From contig JAHQWJ010000125.1 of NCBI GenBank assembly GCA_029856125.1, positions 1-18,907 on the forward strand: 18,907 nt of DNA, read 5' to 3'. The number at the start of each line of letters is the position of its first letter. Position 1 is the first letter of the stretch. Both the position numbers and the translations under genes were made by a program. The stretch comes from Promethearchaeia archaeon (GTDB lineage Archaea > Asgardarchaeota > Lokiarchaeia > Sigyniarchaeales > SOKP01). The notes beneath the pieces were generated by a model, which saw only the letters and a program-made list of their open reading frames with translations, did no database searches and was not told the DNA's origin. This document shows, piece by piece, positions 16,616-18,907 of this stretch.

Positions 16616-17368
16616 ATGTCAAATATAGATGTTAAAAGTGAGTTCTTAGAATTTGGAAAAAAGATGAAGATCGTCGGCATAATGACTATTTTAGTTATTA
16701 TACCTTATGTTGGAAGTTTTTTAAGTTTCATTGGATTAATTTTTGGTCTTATGGCTCTTGGAGACATTAGAAACGCCAATAATAAGCTGAATCAGGGTTC
16801 GCTTGAAAACTATCGTTCAAAATATATTTCTGCTATCGTAATCAGAATAATTAGCACTGCTATATCAGCAATAGGTTCTTTTTATACTTCGAATTGGGTT
16901 ATCGATTTCGTATTTACATTTAATTTTTCAGCAATAATAGGCAGTGCAGTAATTTTACTCATTACATTTGTTCTTAATATTATAGCAGCGGCGATTGAAA
17001 TGGATGCTTGGCGTAGTTTAACAGATTTCTTTAACCAAAATCGAACATTATTTCCACAACACATCGCAACAGAAGCTGCAGATGGTAGCGACAAACTACG
17101 TTCCGCAGCTTTAATGAACATACTTTCGTTCTTAATTATCACTATCTTGATTGGTTGGATACTCCAAATCGTAGGGTATTTTAAACTAGCCAAATTAGAA
17201 GAAATTACTCGTTATTCTGATACAACTCCAACGACCACAGTACCAATAGAAGAACTAGAGTCTCAACCTACAACTCCCACTTTGGAACTTAAATATTGTC
17301 CTAACTGTGGAGCAAAAGTTTCAGGTGAGGGAAAATATTGCGTGGAATGTGGTTCAGAGCTTAAATAA
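16616..17368 (+). CDS. Membrane protein with C-terminal zinc ribbon, paralogue 2
   Basis: Shares MSNID, SLExxRSxYI, AWxxLxxFF, DGxDKL and GxFKLAKL with the upstream gene; YCPNCGAK...YCVECG. Confidence 0.8.
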   Translation: MSNIDVKSEFLEFGKKMKIVGIMTILVIIPYVGSFLSFIGLIFGLMALGDIRNANNKLNQGSLENYRSKYISAIVIRIISTAISAIGSFYTSNWVIDFVFTFNFSAIIGSAVILLITFVLNIIAAAIEMDAWRSLTDFFNQNRTLFPQHIATEAADGSDKLRSAALMNILSFLIITILIGWILQIVGYFKLAKLEEITRYSDTTPTTTVPIEELESQPTTPTLELKYCPNCGAKVSGEGKYCVECGSELK

Positions 17369-17550
17369 ACAAACTAATCTAATCTTTTTTTTATTTTTAC
17401 TTTTAGTGACCTCTCTCTCCCTCTGCTATGTGAAAAAGCAATGAAATTTCTTCTTTTTTTATAGATCAATCCTTGTTTTTGAAATACAACTAGTTTAAGT
17501 GTAGAAACAAAACTTTTAATTGTCTTAGTATTATTTTTAATGACTTAGAA

Positions 17551-18132
17551 ATGATAAATAGGATTAAAAAAAACTATAATAGAGTAATTTCTAGATTGGG
17601 AGGAAGTGATCTGAACTTTATTCAAATGAGACTCTTGGTAAAAGATTTTACTCCCGAGTTTGAAAAGAGTCTTAAAGAAAAAATTGAATATAATATCCTT
17701 CAAGCGGATGTTCGGGAAGCTTCTGAAGAAGACATAGATTGCCTTATATATCTTCACGAAGTTGCTTGGCATTCAACACCCATGCCCTACCGTCCATTGA
17801 AAAAAGACTCAATTAATAACTTGTTAAATGATCCTAGTATCATTTTTCTGATAGCTAAAGTTGAAGGAGAAGATAGTGGTTTTGCTCTAATTAATTTTAC
17901 CGGTGAAAAGAGCAGTATAGGTGTTATTGCTGGGATGGGAATTATCCCTGAATTCCATAGAAAAGGATTAGGTACGATTTTAGGCATGGCTGCTTGGGAT
18001 TATTTTAAGAAGAAAGGTGTTGCTGAACTACGCTGTAAAGTCTATAAAGACAACAAAATCGCTTATGATTTTATAAAGGGATTGCGCTTTGAGGAATATG
18101 ACGATGATTTTATCCAATGGAAATTATTCTAA
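17551..18132 (+). CDS. GNAT-family N-acetyltransferase
   Basis: VREASEEDI, GIIPEFHRKGLG and NKIAYDF...LRF. Confidence 0.88.
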   Translation: MINRIKKNYNRVISRLGGSDLNFIQMRLLVKDFTPEFEKSLKEKIEYNILQADVREASEEDIDCLIYLHEVAWHSTPMPYRPLKKDSINNLLNDPSIIFLIAKVEGEDSGFALINFTGEKSSIGVIAGMGIIPEFHRKGLGTILGMAAWDYFKKKGVAELRCKVYKDNKIAYDFIKGLRFEEYDDDFIQWKLF

Positions 18133-18181
18133 ACTAAAGGAAGTAATGATACAATATATTGAAAATAAAAAAAAAGGTTAT

Positions 18182-18212
18182 AATCCAAAGATTTTCTTTG
18201 GGTTTTATTTTT
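18182..18212 (+). terminator. Hairpin plus T-tract downstream of the GNAT gene
   Basis: AATCCAAAGA-TTT-TCTTTGGGTT followed by TTATTTTT. Confidence 0.4.
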
Positions 18213-18366
18213 AATCACCCCCCTCTCAAATTTAAAAAATATTTAGATTTACTTATGTTTGGAAATTGTTCTACGCTATTGTAGAAAATGATTGAATTTA
18301 ATAAACTTTAAAACGAATTAATAATGTTCTTATTATGAGTTTTAGTACTTAACTTGTTGAGCTAAC

Positions 18367-18498
18367 ATGGATAGTAAAAACACTCAAAAAGATGTTTGGT
18401 TAACATACTGCGAAGAATGTGTAATGAGTAAAATCGACAAAAATGGCCCTCAAGAATATAAAGAAGAACCGGGGGAAAACGCAGATACGAATTTATGA
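18367..18498 (+). CDS. Putative 43-aa small protein with a CxxC motif
   Basis: MDSKNTQKDVWLTYCEECVMSKIDKNGPQEYKEEPGENADTNL; purine-rich and coding-like relative to its flanks. Confidence 0.4.
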   Translation: MDSKNTQKDVWLTYCEECVMSKIDKNGPQEYKEEPGENADTNL

Positions 18499-18816
18499 AG
18501 AACATCTATTTTTACTTTGTTAGAACGCTTTTCTTCCTATATTTTAATATCAAGACTGACCTATTTTAATTATTCAACGCAACTTTATCAGTATTTCCTG
18601 TTGTTGAAAAATAAGTAACTAATATTTTCAAATTTTTAGGTCCGATTATTTTTAATTAAAACTTTATCTTAGAAATTTGATTAAAATTTGAAGTACTTGA
18701 ATTATTTATGCGACAGAAATGTAAGATAAATATGTGTATGTGTTTTCATTTCTCTAAAATTTTTAATTCTTAGCTGCTATTATAATAATACCTAAATTAA
18801 AAAACAGAAAAAAAAA

Positions 18817-18907
18817 ATGATTGAATCAAATAAACCAAAATATTCCTTCTACATTATTGCTCCTTTTAATTCGAAAATGGTAATTGACTATTCATCACTC
18901 ATAGGTA
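18817..18907 (+). CDS. Possible 5' end of a gene truncated by the window
   Basis: ATG after an A-run; open to the window edge (MIESNKPKYSFYIIAPFNSKMVIDYSSLIG). Confidence 0.35.
   Translation, partial: MIESNKPKYSFYIIAPFNSKMVIDYSSLIG

Noticed and set aside
1928-17987. Antisense ORFs in the track (1928-2164, 3182-3517, 6261-6812, 6864-7079, 7329-7544, 9787-9969, 12251-12448, 12656-12895, 16016-16327, 16882-17193, 17545-17772, 17787-17987)
   Set aside because: These are shadow ORFs opposite well-supported genes and have no motifs of their own.
18496-18620. UGA readthrough of the small CxxC ORF
   Set aside because: The downstream translation is T-rich and not protein-like, and no SECIS-like hairpin is seen.
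1-18907. Genome-wide UGA reassignment (Trp or Gly)
   Set aside because: TGG encodes Trp throughout, the in-frame TGAs in hdrA and mvhD occur only at Cys sites, and the gene at 8006-9502 appears to terminate at TGA.

Overview
AT-rich archaeal DNA, most likely from an Asgard archaeon of the Lokiarchaeia type. This is inferred from a profilin-like gene, a Rag-like GTPase and a eukaryote-like SECIS. The main result is a selenoprotein operon on the minus strand (1-3807) that the ORF track fragments or misses. hdrA (1867-3807, 646 aa) has four in-frame TGA codons at conserved Cys positions. vhuD/mvhD (1412-1861, 149 aa) has two. A single eukaryote-type SECIS hairpin (1351-1421) overlaps the vhuD stop codon and is followed by an FrhB-family gene with an N-terminal extension. 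The rest of the window holds an extended SDR with a divergent HTH regulator, a HEAT-repeat protein, a second FrhB paralogue with a C-terminal extension, and a Rag-like GTPase lacking a canonical start codon. Further along are two accessory genes bracketed by copies of a 36-bp T-rich repeat, a DRG GTPase, a profilin-like protein with a C-terminal tail, tandem zinc-ribbon membrane proteins and a GNAT. All assignments come from manual translation and recalled family motifs; no searches were run.
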